From Zootoca vivipara (Eukaryota), in the NCBI RefSeq assembly GCF_963506605.1, contig NC_083285.1, forward strand, positions 48,918,001-48,982,000: 64,000 bases of DNA, read 5' to 3'. A model generated the notes under the pieces. The model searched no databases, was not told the origin of the DNA, and saw nothing but the letters and a program-made list of their open reading frames with translations. The translations under genes and the position numbers were made by a program. Below, piece after piece: positions 12,621-25,703 of the stretch; within the stretch, counting starts at the first letter, position 1, and each line of letters opens with the position of its first letter.

Positions 12621-13398
12621 ATCTGTAGATGGTGTGCCATCCTGTTCTTTGCCTGAGGTAGCAACTGCCTGGAGCTGACCCTGACTCTAACCACTGGTGC
12701 ATCCTATCTGAATCTTCACAGGTTTTACCTTTTGTCTGCAGTGCACTATTCACTGTGCCCAAAGAATTAACTATGCTGTGCCTGCTTCCTTTATTCTGTA
12801 ATGCACAGCTGTTTGTTCATTTTGGAATATTTATAAACATTACAAAGTGATAGACAACAATAAAAAAATAAAGCAAGTAAAAATAAATGAATAAAACAGT
12901 TCCCAACCAAAAAAAAATCTGTATAAGCTCATCTTGGGAAACAATTTTTTAAAAGTTTATTAATTTTTATTAATTTTTATCTAAGGCATTTGTGTACCAC
13001 TTAATCTTTAACATTTCTAAGGAGTAAACATAAAAATAACCATACAGAGAATAAAACAACAACAAAAATAATCATAAAACCAAACAAAAACCCAAACGCT
13101 ACCTTAAAATAAGAATAAGTCTTTGTCATGAACCTGAAGTTCACCAAGGAAGGTGCCTGTCTATCTCAGGTGGGAAGGAGTTCCATAGGCTTGGGCCTAT
13201 AATGCTGTTAGCCTTTGAGAAATTGTGTACAGTGCTGGTGTCTACTTAACTTCAATGGGGAGTGTGTTCCACAAGGCGGGCGGCACTGCATTTAAGGATC
13301 TAGTCTGAGCTATTTATGAACATATATGCTGTACATTGAACGAAATACCCATCTCCCCATACGTGGTTCCCCACCACCCCAGTAACAGCATGCATGTA

Positions 13399-13555
13399 GG
13401 CTGGGTGCACATTCAAAGCACATTATTTCCCTCAAAGAATTCTGGACACAGTAGTTTGTTAAGGGTTGCTGGGAATTGCAGCTACAGTGGGTAAACTACA
13501 GTGCCCAGAATTCTTTGAGTGAAATGATGTGCTTTGGATATGCATTAAAGGTATA
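13399..13555. repeat. Palindromic MITE-like repeat (second copy at about 63357-63516)
   Basis: TTTCCCTCAAAGAATTCTGG ... CCAGAATTCTTTGAGTGAAA inverted arms. Confidence 0.55.
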
Positions 13556-14548
13556 GATTATTATTTCATAAACAATAAATACAGTTCCCTGTCCTTCAGC
13601 TGAGCTTCCTTCCAACTGGTAAGATGCTGCCCTGTTCATGACGACCAAAGATCAGTATTAAACGCAACTGTAATCTGAGCTCAGGACTGTTGCTGAAGTT
13701 TCTTCTTTTCCACTCTCTGGAATTTTCTGTCCGATGAGGATCAACCAGAGTGGGAGGAGGAAAAGTCCGCCACTTCTGGAGCCAAGCATCGTTCGGCACA
13801 TCTGGAAGCAGTTTATGTGTCTCTCTCCACATAAACTCCAGCAGGGCAACGTCTAGATTCTGGGTAGCTACGTAGCAGCAAAGAAAGAAAAGAAAAAGCA
13901 GTCCCAAGTCAACCACAAAAGAATTTTGAAAGACACTCCTCCATCAAAGTACTTTTGCAGGAACCGCAGAGGACCTTCAAAACTCTCAGCTGCAGGATTT
14001 CAACGGCGATCCCACGAAAGGGGAAGTTCTGGAGTGAATGTTGACGGCACTGGACCATCCAGCTACCTAGGGAACTTGCCTTGCAGTTATTTCTTTCTGG
14101 AGAAAATTCCCTATTGCCGAGCTGCCTTTGAAAGGTAAAACATTTAATTCTGCAGGAAATTGTGGCAGTCACAGTTTCCGTTTCTGCCCCCCGCCCCCGC
14201 TGCACTCTCTAGTTTTGTTATATGACCTTGCAATCGTGTCTGGAGATTGTCAATATTCAGTAACCATTTCCCAAGTGTTCCAATAAATGTATTAAAAGCA
14301 ATGAACTGACATGATCTCATTTTCCAAAAATGAAACCTCCTGCCCCCTCCCTACACATATTAAACAAATAGTGCTGTGTTTTTTTTACTATGTGTCTCCT
14401 AAAGTTCAGATCCTAGATTTTAGAATCTGGTGCAAGTTACACAGATTAAGGTTGTTTCATGCGAAAACACTTGTACTGTAGCTTCAATGACTGCAGATGG
14501 TTTGGGGCACCAGTGATGTTTTATTTACTTACAGTAATTACTGAGTAG

Positions 14549-14774
14549 AGTTTCCATGCTTGAAAATGGAAAATGCATGTTTCTTGTGTGCCAAAAAAGA
14601 GGTCTCAGATATATGATATTTTCTTGGATCAAAATGAGTTAGTTCTTTGTGTGTTACTGAAACCTGGTTGTATACGCAGTTCTGAGAGCACTGTTCCACA
14701 TGGGGCGGGGATTTATTTAATTGTTTATTCTGGTGGTGAGCAAACCCTCCAAAATTCTATCCTTTCGTTTTGGA
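14549..14774 (+). repeat. 226-bp segment duplicated at 17554-17779; each copy abuts an N gap
   Basis: Identical sequence by eye; N runs at 14775-14937 and 17780-17938. Confidence 0.9.
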
Positions 14775-15808
14775 NNNNNNNNNNNNNNNNNNNNNNNNNN
14801 NNNNNNNNNNNNNNNNNNNNNNNNNNNNNNNNNNNNNNNNNNNNNNNNNNNNNNNNNNNNNNNNNNNNNNNNNNNNNNNNNNNNNNNNNNNNNNNNNNNN
14901 NNNNNNNNNNNNNNNNNNNNNNNNNNNNNNNNNNNNNAATTTACTAAATTAGAACAAAATAAAAGATTTAAAATCCAGATAAAGCTAACATATGTTTAAA
15001 ACTATACAGATAATACTATCTTGTTTTTGTTTTTACTAAAACAACTAAAAAAAGTAAGCATTATTGATTAGATTAAATTAAAAGTAGGGAGATACATGTC
15101 GGAATGAATTTATGCCCTTAAAACTCAGAATCGCCACAATTGTCTGAAATGAATTTCAGATATTTTTTGGTAAAGCTGGAGGCATTCACTGCAAAAGGAA
15201 ATGCTACTTTCTATGTTGCGAACTGACAAGTTCCTTGTAGCAGAAAGCTTATTTTTTCCTTCTGCAATATTTCAGGAACAAAAATATCTACATGTAATTA
15301 CAGTATTGATGAATCACTATAAGAGACGATATCATCTTATTATAGAAAATCAAATATAGGATCATAAAAAAGTTTCAAATGAGAATTATAAAAATTTCAT
15401 AATTTTACGGCTGGAGCTGTGGCAAGTAATGCCATCTCTGAGTAATTTGTTTATTTCCTTTAAATGGTGGCTGAATCTGATGCTGGTTAAATAGCTGAAA
15501 TCAACGTAAACACAGACCCAAGCAATTATTTCCAAGCACAGTTCTTTCTGAGCACAAAGCTGAGATTTACAACTACAGGCCTCTATAAGCATAGATGGTA
15601 TTATTCAATCGTGTGAAGGCCTTTCATGATCCCCCACCTTTTCCCCCTTTATACAACTTAGTCGAGGGGAGTTGTTGCCAGAGGCAAAAGGAAAGAGTTT
15701 AAAGAATTAAATGGAACCTGTAAAGCGAGATGAGCGCCGCAACCCCAGAGTATCTGTGACTGTCAGGAGTCCTTTACCTTTACCTTTTTATGTGGGGGTC
15801 CAGCCTTA

Positions 15809-16175
15809 AAGGTAAGGGTAAAGGGGCCCCTGACCATCAGGTCCTGTCGTGTCCGACTCTGGGGTTGCGGCGCTCATCTCGCTCTATAGGCCGAGGGAGT
15901 CGGCATTTGTCTGTAGACAGCTTCCTGGGTAATGTGGCCAGCATGACAAAGCTGCTTCTGGTGATCCAGAGCAGCACACGGAAACACCGTTTACCTTCCC
16001 ACCGGAGCGGTCCCTATTTATCTACTTGCACTTTGATGTGCTTTCGAACTGCTAGGTGGGCAGGAGCTGGGACCGAGCAACGGGAGCTCACCCCGTTGCA
16101 GGGATTTGAACCGCTGACCTTCTGATCAGCAAGCCCTAGACTCTGTGGTTTAACCCACAGCGGCACCTGGATCCC
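15809..16175 (+). mobile_element. Sauria SINE, near full length
   Basis: AAAGGTAAAGG head, GACTCTGGGGTTGCGGCGCTCATCTCGC, TGCTTTCGAACTGCTAGG, TTAACCCACAGC end. Confidence 0.9.
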
Positions 16176-16964
16176 ACCTGTGACTGGACTTAACCGTCAG
16201 GAGTCCTTTACCTTTACCTTTTTATGTGGGGGTCCAGCCTTAGGGCTCACCAAGTTGTTCTCTGGGGAACTTTGGCCTTATAGGAGCGACTGTTTCTCTC
16301 TCCCACCTCCTGGGCCTCAGATATGTTAATCCAGTGTGCCATTGCTGTCCTCAAGCTATAGGGCATCTGTAGTTAGATCCTCTACATGTCTAGATATATG
16401 ACAGATATGGGGGTTCCCTGACTGTGCATGACTATCAAAAGAAAGGTGGCTGGTTCTCATAATCCCCACTCAGAGCTGTAGCTTCCCTTATGGTACCATT
16501 CTCAGGCTCAGGCTGAGACTAACATAAGCTCAAGTTTTGCTGTATACAGAGGCAATATAGAAATTGGTTCAAGTGTAGATATATCAAATCAAAACAAATG
16601 CATGTATCACTCTCACAGCTCAGGTATATATAGTCGGGCCATAAGCTGGACCATCCTGCCCTGTGGTTTATATATCACAGAGGAACAGGAAGATTGTGCA
16701 GGTGAGGATAATGGATTCAACCCATATATCCTAGCCTAGCATGAATGGGGGAAAAGCAGATGTGGTAGGTATTGCACCACAGTGAAGACTCAGAAAGATG
16801 TCCATGTCTTTCCTACATCTTCTCAAAAAGGACTACTTCACATTTGTGGCTCTGCATTGAAGAATAAGACCAAGTTATTATGTTATTTTATTTTCTTTAA
16901 TGGCAGAGGGTTAAATGCATTGAGATTGCTCCTGGAATGCACCTCTACCTCTGCTGGGTAGATT

Positions 16965-17100
16965 CAGGAACCCCCAAACTTCGGCCCTCCAGATGTTTTG
17001 GACTACAATTCCCATCTTCCCCGACCCCTGGTCCTGTTAGCTAGGGATCATGGGAGTTGTAGGCCAAAACATCTGGAGGACCGCAGTTTGGGGATGCGTG
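16965..17100. mobile_element. 136-bp hAT MITE
   Basis: Same family as the copies at 23771, 31048 and 54150. Confidence 0.75.
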
Positions 17101-17252
17101 TTTAAGATGCTTCCTATTCAAGTCAAAGGCAAAACCTAACGTTATCGGGGTTTCAGCCTGTAACGTTTAGTACAGTGGATTATTTTTGCCTTCTCATCTT
17201 TGTCTCCTATTTCTTCTTTCGACCACAGATTGAGACCAAAAGAAAGGACCAT

Positions 17253-20200
17253 ATGGCTCTCTTACGAAAAAGTAAGACACCTTTGGGGGCGGGGAGTTGA
17301 TTTAAATAATTAGATACCTGGTTTGGAACTGAAGTCTGTAGAGGAGTCCCTGCTAGTGGTAGGGGGGGTAATAAGTTTTTGAATATCTGCAGCGTTGTCC
17401 GTAGATGGTTGCAGAGGTTGGCAGCAAGGCAATAGTGAGGAGCACCCGGTGTTCAGTATCAGGACCTGGGACAGCACACCGAGGGAGCTAAGACCTTCCC
17501 CTTTCCACCTCATGCTGCTGCTTCCAACTGGGATGATGAGTCAGCCTAGTAGCAGTTTCCATGCTTGAAAATGGAAAATGCATGTTTCTTGTGTGCCAAA
17601 AAAGAGGTCTCAGATATATGATATTTTCTTGGATCAAAATGAGTTAGTTCTTTGTGTGTTACTGAAACCTGGTTGTATACGCAGTTCTGAGAGCACTGTT
17701 CCACATGGGGCGGGGATTTATTTAATTGTTTATTCTGGTGGTGAGCAAACCCTCCAAAATTCTATCCTTTCGTTTTGGANNNNNNNNNNNNNNNNNNNNN
17801 NNNNNNNNNNNNNNNNNNNNNNNNNNNNNNNNNNNNNNNNNNNNNNNNNNNNNNNNNNNNNNNNNNNNNNNNNNNNNNNNNNNNNNNNNNNNNNNNNNNN
17901 NNNNNNNNNNNNNNNNNNNNNNNNNNNNNNNNNNNNNNAATTTTTTTTCCAACTGGGATGATGAGTCAGCCTAGTAGCAGGAGGAGCAAGGGAAGGACGT
18001 CAGAAGTGGCCATCTGCTGGTCTGGGAATCAGCTGGTGCCACCCCATCCTGGCTGACTCTTCACGCTAATCAATAGCAGCAGATTACCAGGCCAGTCGCC
18101 ACTTGTGGCCGCCTTCCCATGCTCCAAATTGGTGGCAGTCGAAACTGGCTGGTGAGGAAGGAGGTAGCCAGTAGCAGCGCTGGCCAGTCTGGGATGCTCA
18201 GAGGCAGGGGCCCCAAGACCGGCAGGTGGAGGAGCCAGGAGCCAGCAGTCAGAGCAAGGTGGCTGCTAGGGTGCTGCTGTAGCCTGTTATGGGGCTACTC
18301 ATCCACTGCCTCTTGTCATGTTGTAGTTTGCAGAGCCAAACAAACAAACTGTAGTGTGATGATACTCTTACGTTTTTATTATATGTGAGAAATCTATTAC
18401 TCGAGGGAGTGAACCTCATCGAGACCTAGGGTTGACAGACTCAATAGAGGACAGGACTTCTGTGCCTTTAATTGCCCTGCTCTCTTTTGAGTCTGGAAAC
18501 CTTAAAGAGAAACCAGCAGACCCTTTGTTTAATTTCCAAGCAAAGGGTCTGCTGGTTTCTCTTTAAGGTTTCCAGACTCAAAAGAGAGCAGGGCAATTAA
18601 AGGCACAGAAGTCCTGTCCTCTATTGAGTCTGGCAACCCTATCGGGATCCTACTTCTGAGCAATTAAGATTGCACTGTCAAGTTGCAGGCTGAAATACAC
18701 TTAAGCCCCATCAAATTCTGAGTAAACATGCTTAGGATTGTTACTGGGAATATAATATTATTAACCAGCTTCTTTTCCATTTCAGTCAATCAAATCCTAC
18801 TGTTCCTTCTTGTTTTGACTCTCTGTGCCATTCTGTATAATAAAGTTCACAAGATGCCATCCACCATGCTCAGGAATGATCCAGGTAGGCCCCCTTAGTC
18901 AGAATCTGTTTCTTTTTATACATTGCCAAGACTGAATAATTTCTGTTTGTAATACAGGATAATACAATCCATGCTTCTGTCGCTTTCCCTCTGTTAATAT
19001 TGTTTCTGTACCTTTTTCAGCTCTTGGTGGCTGACAATATTTCAGGCCTAGTTGCCATATTTCCTTATACTGATGTTCTTACATGGGATAAGAAAGTGAC
19101 TTCTGCATAGGTGTGAGCGCAGGTACAATATCAGAAGGAAATACAGCAGCCAGGAACATCAGTTATGCAAAATGTAACAAACCTAAGTGGCACATTAGGA
19201 GATAAACATGCCAATTTCATTTAGGCTGTCTTATTGTTTGTTTGTTTGTTTGTTGATCTGCATATGCACACATACATTCTATACCACTAAATCAATAAAA
19301 AATATATTCTCAAAGTGGTGTACATAAAATCAATATGAAATTAAAGGTAAAAAAAACACAAAGAAGGGCAAAGAACAGAGCAACAGAAAGCAGGGTCATG
19401 TGGCAAGGTAACCTTGTGTAAATAAAAATGTTTTAAAATGGTGCCTAAAACTAAACATGGAAGACGCCTGCCTAATATACAAGGGCAGTGAATTCCACAG
19501 ATACTCAGATAGAACTGACTTTCAGCAACACTGTCAGGGATTCTTAGCTGAGATTCTTGCATTGCAGGCAGGAAGATTAGATGCCTCTTGGGGTCCCTCC
19601 CAGCCCTAAAATGCTATTACCGGTATTCTGTGAACACTACTCTACCCCACTCTTTAAGGGACTTCCATAAAGTGCTGGTTGTAGCAGAACGACATAAATT
19701 GTGTGTAACAACACATATGGTGGTGGTTGTTACTCTTTTTGTTGTTATTATTACCAGATGATTTGGAAAGCCCTGAGGAAATGGAAGAAGAAATCCCTGT
19801 GGTGATATGTGCTGCTGCAGGCAGAATGGGTGCAGCGATAGCAGCAATCAGCAGCATTTACAGCAACACCGATTCCAATGTCTTGTTCTACGTAGTTGGA
19901 CTAAAGAATGGCATTCCACATATCAGGTGAAAATAATGTGATGGGGAAATACAGGGCTCATTTCTATACTTAGGATCCGGCAGCTGATGAGCCATGTAAC
20001 CTGATGGATGCCCCACATGGGAATGGCTGAGGAAGCAGAGCAGTAGGAGTCCTGCTGGGGTGATGTCAAAGCCAGTGATGGACAACCTTTTGAGCTTGGT
20101 GTGTCAAAATTCGCCAAAAAACCGAGCATAACTCGGGTGGTGTGTCACTTCGAGAAAAAAAACCATAATTTCGTGATATTTATAGTTTAAATAACAAAAA

Positions 20201-23200
20201 TGTATAATTGTAATATATAACTGTATTTAATAAACAAAAAACTAATTATTTAACCAAACCAAGCCAAAAAACCATTATTTATCACAAAGTGCCCAGAGTT
20301 GTTGAACTTTTTGGGGGGAGCTGCTGACCAAAGTTTTGGAGGGTTTTTTGGGGGGTGCAAAGGTTGCTTTGCTTTTTGGGGGGGTACCCCAAAGCTGCTG
20401 CACTTTTTTGGGGGGGGGAAGAGAACAGAAATAAATGACGAATAATACCTTCACTGGAACTAACACGCAGCACTGACATAGTCTGCCAAAGCGCCAAAAA
20501 ACCCAGCACAGATCGGGTTAAAAACGAACGCTGTTACACCCAATCATCGTCTGCCAAAGCACCAGAAAAAACAGCACAGAAAGGGTTAAAAACAATTTCT
20601 GGCTACCAGCAACAACAACAACAAAAAAGGATCCGGGTTCTAACAGCGGAGACAAGCTGTAGTGGAGACAAGCTATAGCAGGAGCGGGAGAACAAATTGG
20701 GGGGGGGCAATGACAACAGTGCTAATGGGCCGATGGGGCGCGTGGCAGCAGTGAGTGCTCCGCGTGTCATGTCTGACATGCGTTTCATAGGTTCGCCATG
20801 ACTGGTCTAAGCAGTCAAAAGACAATGAGCTGTTTCCTCAGCTCACTTTGTGCTAGTGTGTGACAGTGCAGGGCAAAACTATGTCTAAAGCTTAGTATTC
20901 TGGTGAGCCAGCTGAGCAAGGGGTGGGAGATCAAATATCTTCATCCTAGTACCTGTTTGAATTCCATATGGAAGGTCACACCAGTAAGCTGAAACGTTGG
21001 ACACTTCAGGTGGCTGAAGAATGTCATTTGGAGTGCAGAGTTTGGGAGGGCTTAGAAATTGCCCATCATATTTTCTCCCACTATTCCACTGTATTGCAGA
21101 AACAGTACCATGCAGAGAAATGGAGTGGACAATATGACCAGGGATAAGGGGGTAGAATGGGCGGCAAGGGATGCAACAATGACCCTCATTGCTTAAGGCG
21201 TTCTGTCACATATTCCTTTTTTCTCTTTTGCATCTAGAAAGTGGATTGAAAATTCCAAGCTGAAAGATATAAGGTTTAAAATTGTGGAATTCAACCCCAT
21301 GGTGCTAAAAGGGAAAATGAGGCCAGATGCAGCGAGGCCCGAGTTACTTCAACCTGTGAGTATACAAACACCCGTAGAATTGGGGCCTCCAAACTTTTCG
21401 GGCCAGCAGGCACATTTCAAATTTCAATAAAGGTCTGTGGGCACCAGTCGCAAAGTGTCTGCCCTGGGGCACATAGCATAACACGAAAGGAGAGGGGTTT
21501 AGTCGTTGCTGCTCCCTTCCCAACAAACTCATTGTTTGTGGTGTGTTCTTCTGGTCCCGATAGTGGGAAACATGCAGTATTGATTGCACATAGATAACAA
21601 TGCTGTTGCTGCCTAATAAGAGCAGGGAGTACCAGGGAAAATAGACACATTCATGGTCTCTTGTACATACAGCGCTTGTGCGCGCGCACACTTCCTGGAC
21701 ACATACAAGCCACAGACACACATGCATCTCAGAAAAGCCCCTCCAATCTCCCTGCAAACAAATCAGCCTGAAATATCAAAAAGATTGTCTGGGAGTGACC
21801 TAAATCTCTGCTGCATACTGCCTTCATCAGATCACACACCTGTGAGTGATGCTGGGACAAAGAAACAATGGGTACTCCTGCTTTCTGAAAACACAAAGGC
21901 TGGTTGTTACCCAGATCTTCTTTCCCTCCACCACTGAGGATTGGAGAGTTCATGTTTTCCAGGCAAGTTTGAGTCCAATAACCATTATTTGTTATAACTT
22001 AAACAAGCAAAACACAGAGACACCCCCCTATGCATTATGTGTTGTTAGAATGCACTCTACCCCCAACAGGATATTGCTTGAATGGTGAATATTTTAAACT
22101 GGACATATGGAATATAACGTTGAATGTCTTATGACTCCTACTTTGCTGACTCCCTTTTTAAATTCAACAGCTAAACTTTGTGCGGTTTTACCTCCCCCTG
22201 CTTATCCATGAACATGAAAAAGTGATATATCTCGACGATGATGTGATTGTGCAAGGTAAGTTGTTGTCCGGAAAAATAAGCCCTTGAAGGTTGAAAATCC
22301 CAACCAAAGCCTATATTCTGTAGGTCTATAGTCACTAAAAATGAGATCTGGAATGGATTCCTTTGCCCCGCCCTGTGCCCCAAATTTTGAAAACAGAGGT
22401 TTTAACGCTATGCACCAAAATCCTTAGAGGGTAGCAGGTTTTTGCATCAGAAACGGGTAAGCTGTAAAGACAGCTGACATGGTAATGAGTACAGACTTAT
22501 GGGGCTTCTGAATAAGCCTGGCTTTTCTTTAGGTGACATCCAAGATTTGTATGACACCAAACTAGCCCATGGGCATGCGGCAGCTTTTTCGGATGACTGT
22601 GATTTGCCTTCCACTCATGAAATTGTGAGAAGCATTGGAATGCAGGTAAGAAGTCCATGCAGGACAAAAAAACTCATGTATTTCCTGACTCATTCTTCTG
22701 AATTCATATTTCTTCCCAATTCTTCTTCACATTAATCTCTGGGACCTGAGCGGGGGGGGAGGGGCATTGGAAAAATTGGATTTCTGGTGCTGCACTGGTA
22801 TGAGGAAGGCAGGCTGAGAAACCTGCAGACCTTCTGGGAAAGCTCCATAAAAAGCCTGCAGAAAATCAGAGATGCTTGTCACAAGGAACTGGTGTTATCA
22901 ACACAATGGGAATGAGCTATTTAATTGACTTTCAGCCTGTGTGACTCTTTACTACTTGCATCAAGCAATGGATTCTGCAATTATATTTTATTTTCCATGT
23001 TCACAATGTTGTCTTTCAATCTGTTGTGACCCACCATGATATGAATCCTAGTAAAATAAAAATAAATACAAGCTAATAAACTTGCCTCCCCAAGTCCTTT
23101 CCCATCTACAAACATGTCTTCTGTTCTCTTCCTCCACTGAAAACCTGGGACACGGAATGAGCTAGTACCACTCACATATATAAACTTTTGAGAATATCTA

Positions 23201-25223
23201 GGTTAATTTATAGTAATCACGTTTTGTTCTTCCCCCTAGAATACCTATATGGGGTTTCTGGACTACCGAAAACAAACCATTCGAGATCTTGGCATAAGTC
23301 CCAGCACGTGTTCCTTTAATCCTGGTGTCATTGTTGCAAATATGACGGAATGGAAGCACCAACGCATCACAAAGCAATTAGAAAAATGGATGCAGAAAAA
23401 CGTAGAGTATGTATAAACAGTTCTCTCTCTCTCTCTGTCTCTCTCTCTCATATCCTCCCTGGATCTGAGGTGGACTAGCATACACACTGCAAATTCTCTG
23501 CTTGGTGTTCACAGCACGCTAGCTTGGGTGTTATGCTTGTGCCAGCAATACACTCAGCGTTTGAATGGACCATTAAAGGTGATCAATGTGATAGCTTTCT
23601 CATATGCCCCCTAGGAGAATAGTACTCTACATACAAGTTATGGGCTGGATTGATTCTGATGGTGTTTTTTTTTTAAAAAATAAAATAAAAATCTCAGTAT
23701 CATCACAAAAAGCCCAGTCTTCAAGTCAATGATGTAGCAGACTAAACCCACCCCACAGTATTGTCTAAAGCAGGCATCGCCAAACTTGGTCCACCAGCTG
23801 TTTTGAGACTACAACTCCCATCATCCCTAGCTAACAGGACCAGTGGTCAGGGAAGATGGGAATTGTAGTCCCAAAACAGCTGGAGGGCCAAGTTTGGCCA
23901 TGCCTGGTCTAAAGGTACATGAGGCCACCAGCTTCCTGAAGCTAAACAGCTCTGGGTCTGGCCAGTGCTGGCTGTAGCAACACCTCAGGTTCCAAGATAG
24001 AAGAGGTTATAAATGCAAGAAAATTAAATCAGCTTCCTTTACTTCAGCACACTATTTTGGAAGGAAGGAATATGCTCAAAGAGCTTACCAATGATAGCAT
24101 TTATACTATCATGTAATATTCTGGACTTGCAATCTTAAATGAAAAAGAATCCTAAGCTTCAGTTGCACAACTATTTCAAAAGCTCTTCTCATCTAAATGA
24201 ATTGTGCTGTGCCTTGCTATTCATTGAAAAGGGATTCTAAACAGATCTTTCAATTCCCGTCGATATATTTTTCAGAGAAAATCTGTACAGCAGCACTCTT
24301 GCTGGAGGTGTGGCCACTTCCCCAATGCTCATTGTATTCCATGAGAAATATTCACATATTAATCCTTTATGGCATATCCGACATCTAGGTAAGTTTGAGA
24401 CTCGAGTTGTGGTGTAAGCTGAAACAAAAATGCAAAAGGTCTTTAAGGGTTCCTTAGAATTATACTGTATTTGCTTCTTGCTACTGCACCTGTATAGTTT
24501 GGAGCTGGGCAGACTGCAAGAGATAGCACATACATCAGATTTCTTCTTTGCAAATTAGATCTGTTGTTCTCCCAAGACTGTGGTGCAAATGGGGCAGGGC
24601 ATGCACAGGGAGATGAAATCCCGGTGCACACTAACAGGACAACTTCGTCTCAATCTATTTTGTTTAAAAATGTCTCAAAATTGCAGTTCTGTAAAGCCAA
24701 TCCCCCTGCCCCCCCCCCCAGTATGCCATAAAGATAATAACAATTTATTTCTTACACCCTACCCATCTGGCCGGGCCTCCCCAGCCAAGCTTTCTGGAAT
24801 TATTTAAATATAGCTACGGAGTGCGAACTAGCCATAGTTAAGTATTTACTGTAATCCTATGCCCACTTATATGGGAGCAAGTCCTGCTGAACTCAATGGG
24901 ACTTACTTCTGAGTAGACATGGGTGGGATGGTGCTGCAAATGACAGAACGTTAAGCAAGTGTTTATGATGGAGGAAAGCCGCACTATTTTGTTTAGAGTT
25001 TTCCAGTAAGGGCTCTATAAAAATCTATCTAATCCCCCCCCCTCCCATAGGCTGGAGTCCAGATGCCAGGTACTCGGAGCACTTTCTTCATGAAGCCAAG
25101 TTACTTCACTGGAATGGAAGATACAAGCCTTGGGATCACCCTAGTGTTCACACTGACCTGTGGGAAAAGTGGTTTGTTCCTGACCCTTCAGGAACTTTTA
25201 AATTGATTCGTCCCAATAGCTGA
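17253..25223 (+). CDS. GLT8D2: Glycosyltransferase 8 domain-containing protein 2, 9 coding exons, about 351 aa
   Basis: Exons (+): 17253-17271 (MALLRK), 18786-18884 (TM anchor), 19758-19926, 21238-21355, 22171-22255 (LNFVRFYLP...YLDDDVIVQG, DxD motif), 22533-22645, 23240-23406, 24276-24388, 25051-25223 (LLHWNGRYKPW...PNS*). Sum 1056 nt, in frame. Confidence 0.96.
18427..18641. mobile_element. Palindromic MITE (PIF/Harbinger-like AGGGTTGCCAG ends)
   Basis: 101-bp arms with one mismatch around a 13-nt spacer. Confidence 0.8.
20073..20804. mobile_element. Non-autonomous hAT element
   Basis: TIRs CAGTGATGGACAACC / GGTTCGCCATGACTG; 8-bp TSD GTCAAAGC / GTCTAAGC. Confidence 0.8.
23771..23906. mobile_element. 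136-bp hAT MITE
   Basis: CAGGCAT...ATGCCTG ends; TSD GTCTAAAG. Confidence 0.85.
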
Positions 25224-25494
25224 TGCTGCCATTTACATTTTTAAAGGTTCAGGATCAGTCATTTGCAGCCTGCACAAGATACTTCATTCTATGCAATACT
25301 TTGTGATGCGAGTTCACCTCCTTTGTTGCATATAAAGCTGCTGCATAAGTCTGTAACTAAAAGCATGGCTCAAAACGGAAGAGTTCATTGAGGCCCTAAT
25401 GAAACAATCACAGTTTGGGGAAGCTTCAAGGGCTACAAGGCTTAGGGGAAGTACTTTATTAAAACAGGGACTACATTTTAAGTCATACTCTGTA

Positions 25495-25566
25495 AATAAA
25501 GTTTGTTTCTTGCTGAGAGACAAAATACTGTTCCTTGCAGACTTTTTGTAACACTTTTTGAATAAA
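25495..25566 (+). terminator. GLT8D2 polyadenylation signals
   Basis: AATAAA at 25495-25500 and 25561-25566. Confidence 0.6.
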
Positions 25567-25630
25567 AATAAGGTTCCCCTGAAGTATACATTATGAAGTC
25601 AAACTAAAACCAAAATTAAACATCCGTTCT

Positions 25631-25703
25631 TTTATTTATTTCAAATAATTTATCCATTTCTTCTTTTCAACAGCACAAACAATTCAGCATTAAGACTTTT
25701 ATT
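25631..25703 (-). terminator. Distal TDG polyadenylation signals (3' UTR about 2.7 kb)
   Basis: TTTATT on + at 25631-25636 and 25698-25703. Confidence 0.55.

Noticed and set aside
14573-18056. ORFs containing X runs, and the idea that the 160-nt gaps hide an snRNA
   Set aside because: The ORFs only read through N. I found no convincing PSE or 3' box, so the gap content cannot be inferred.
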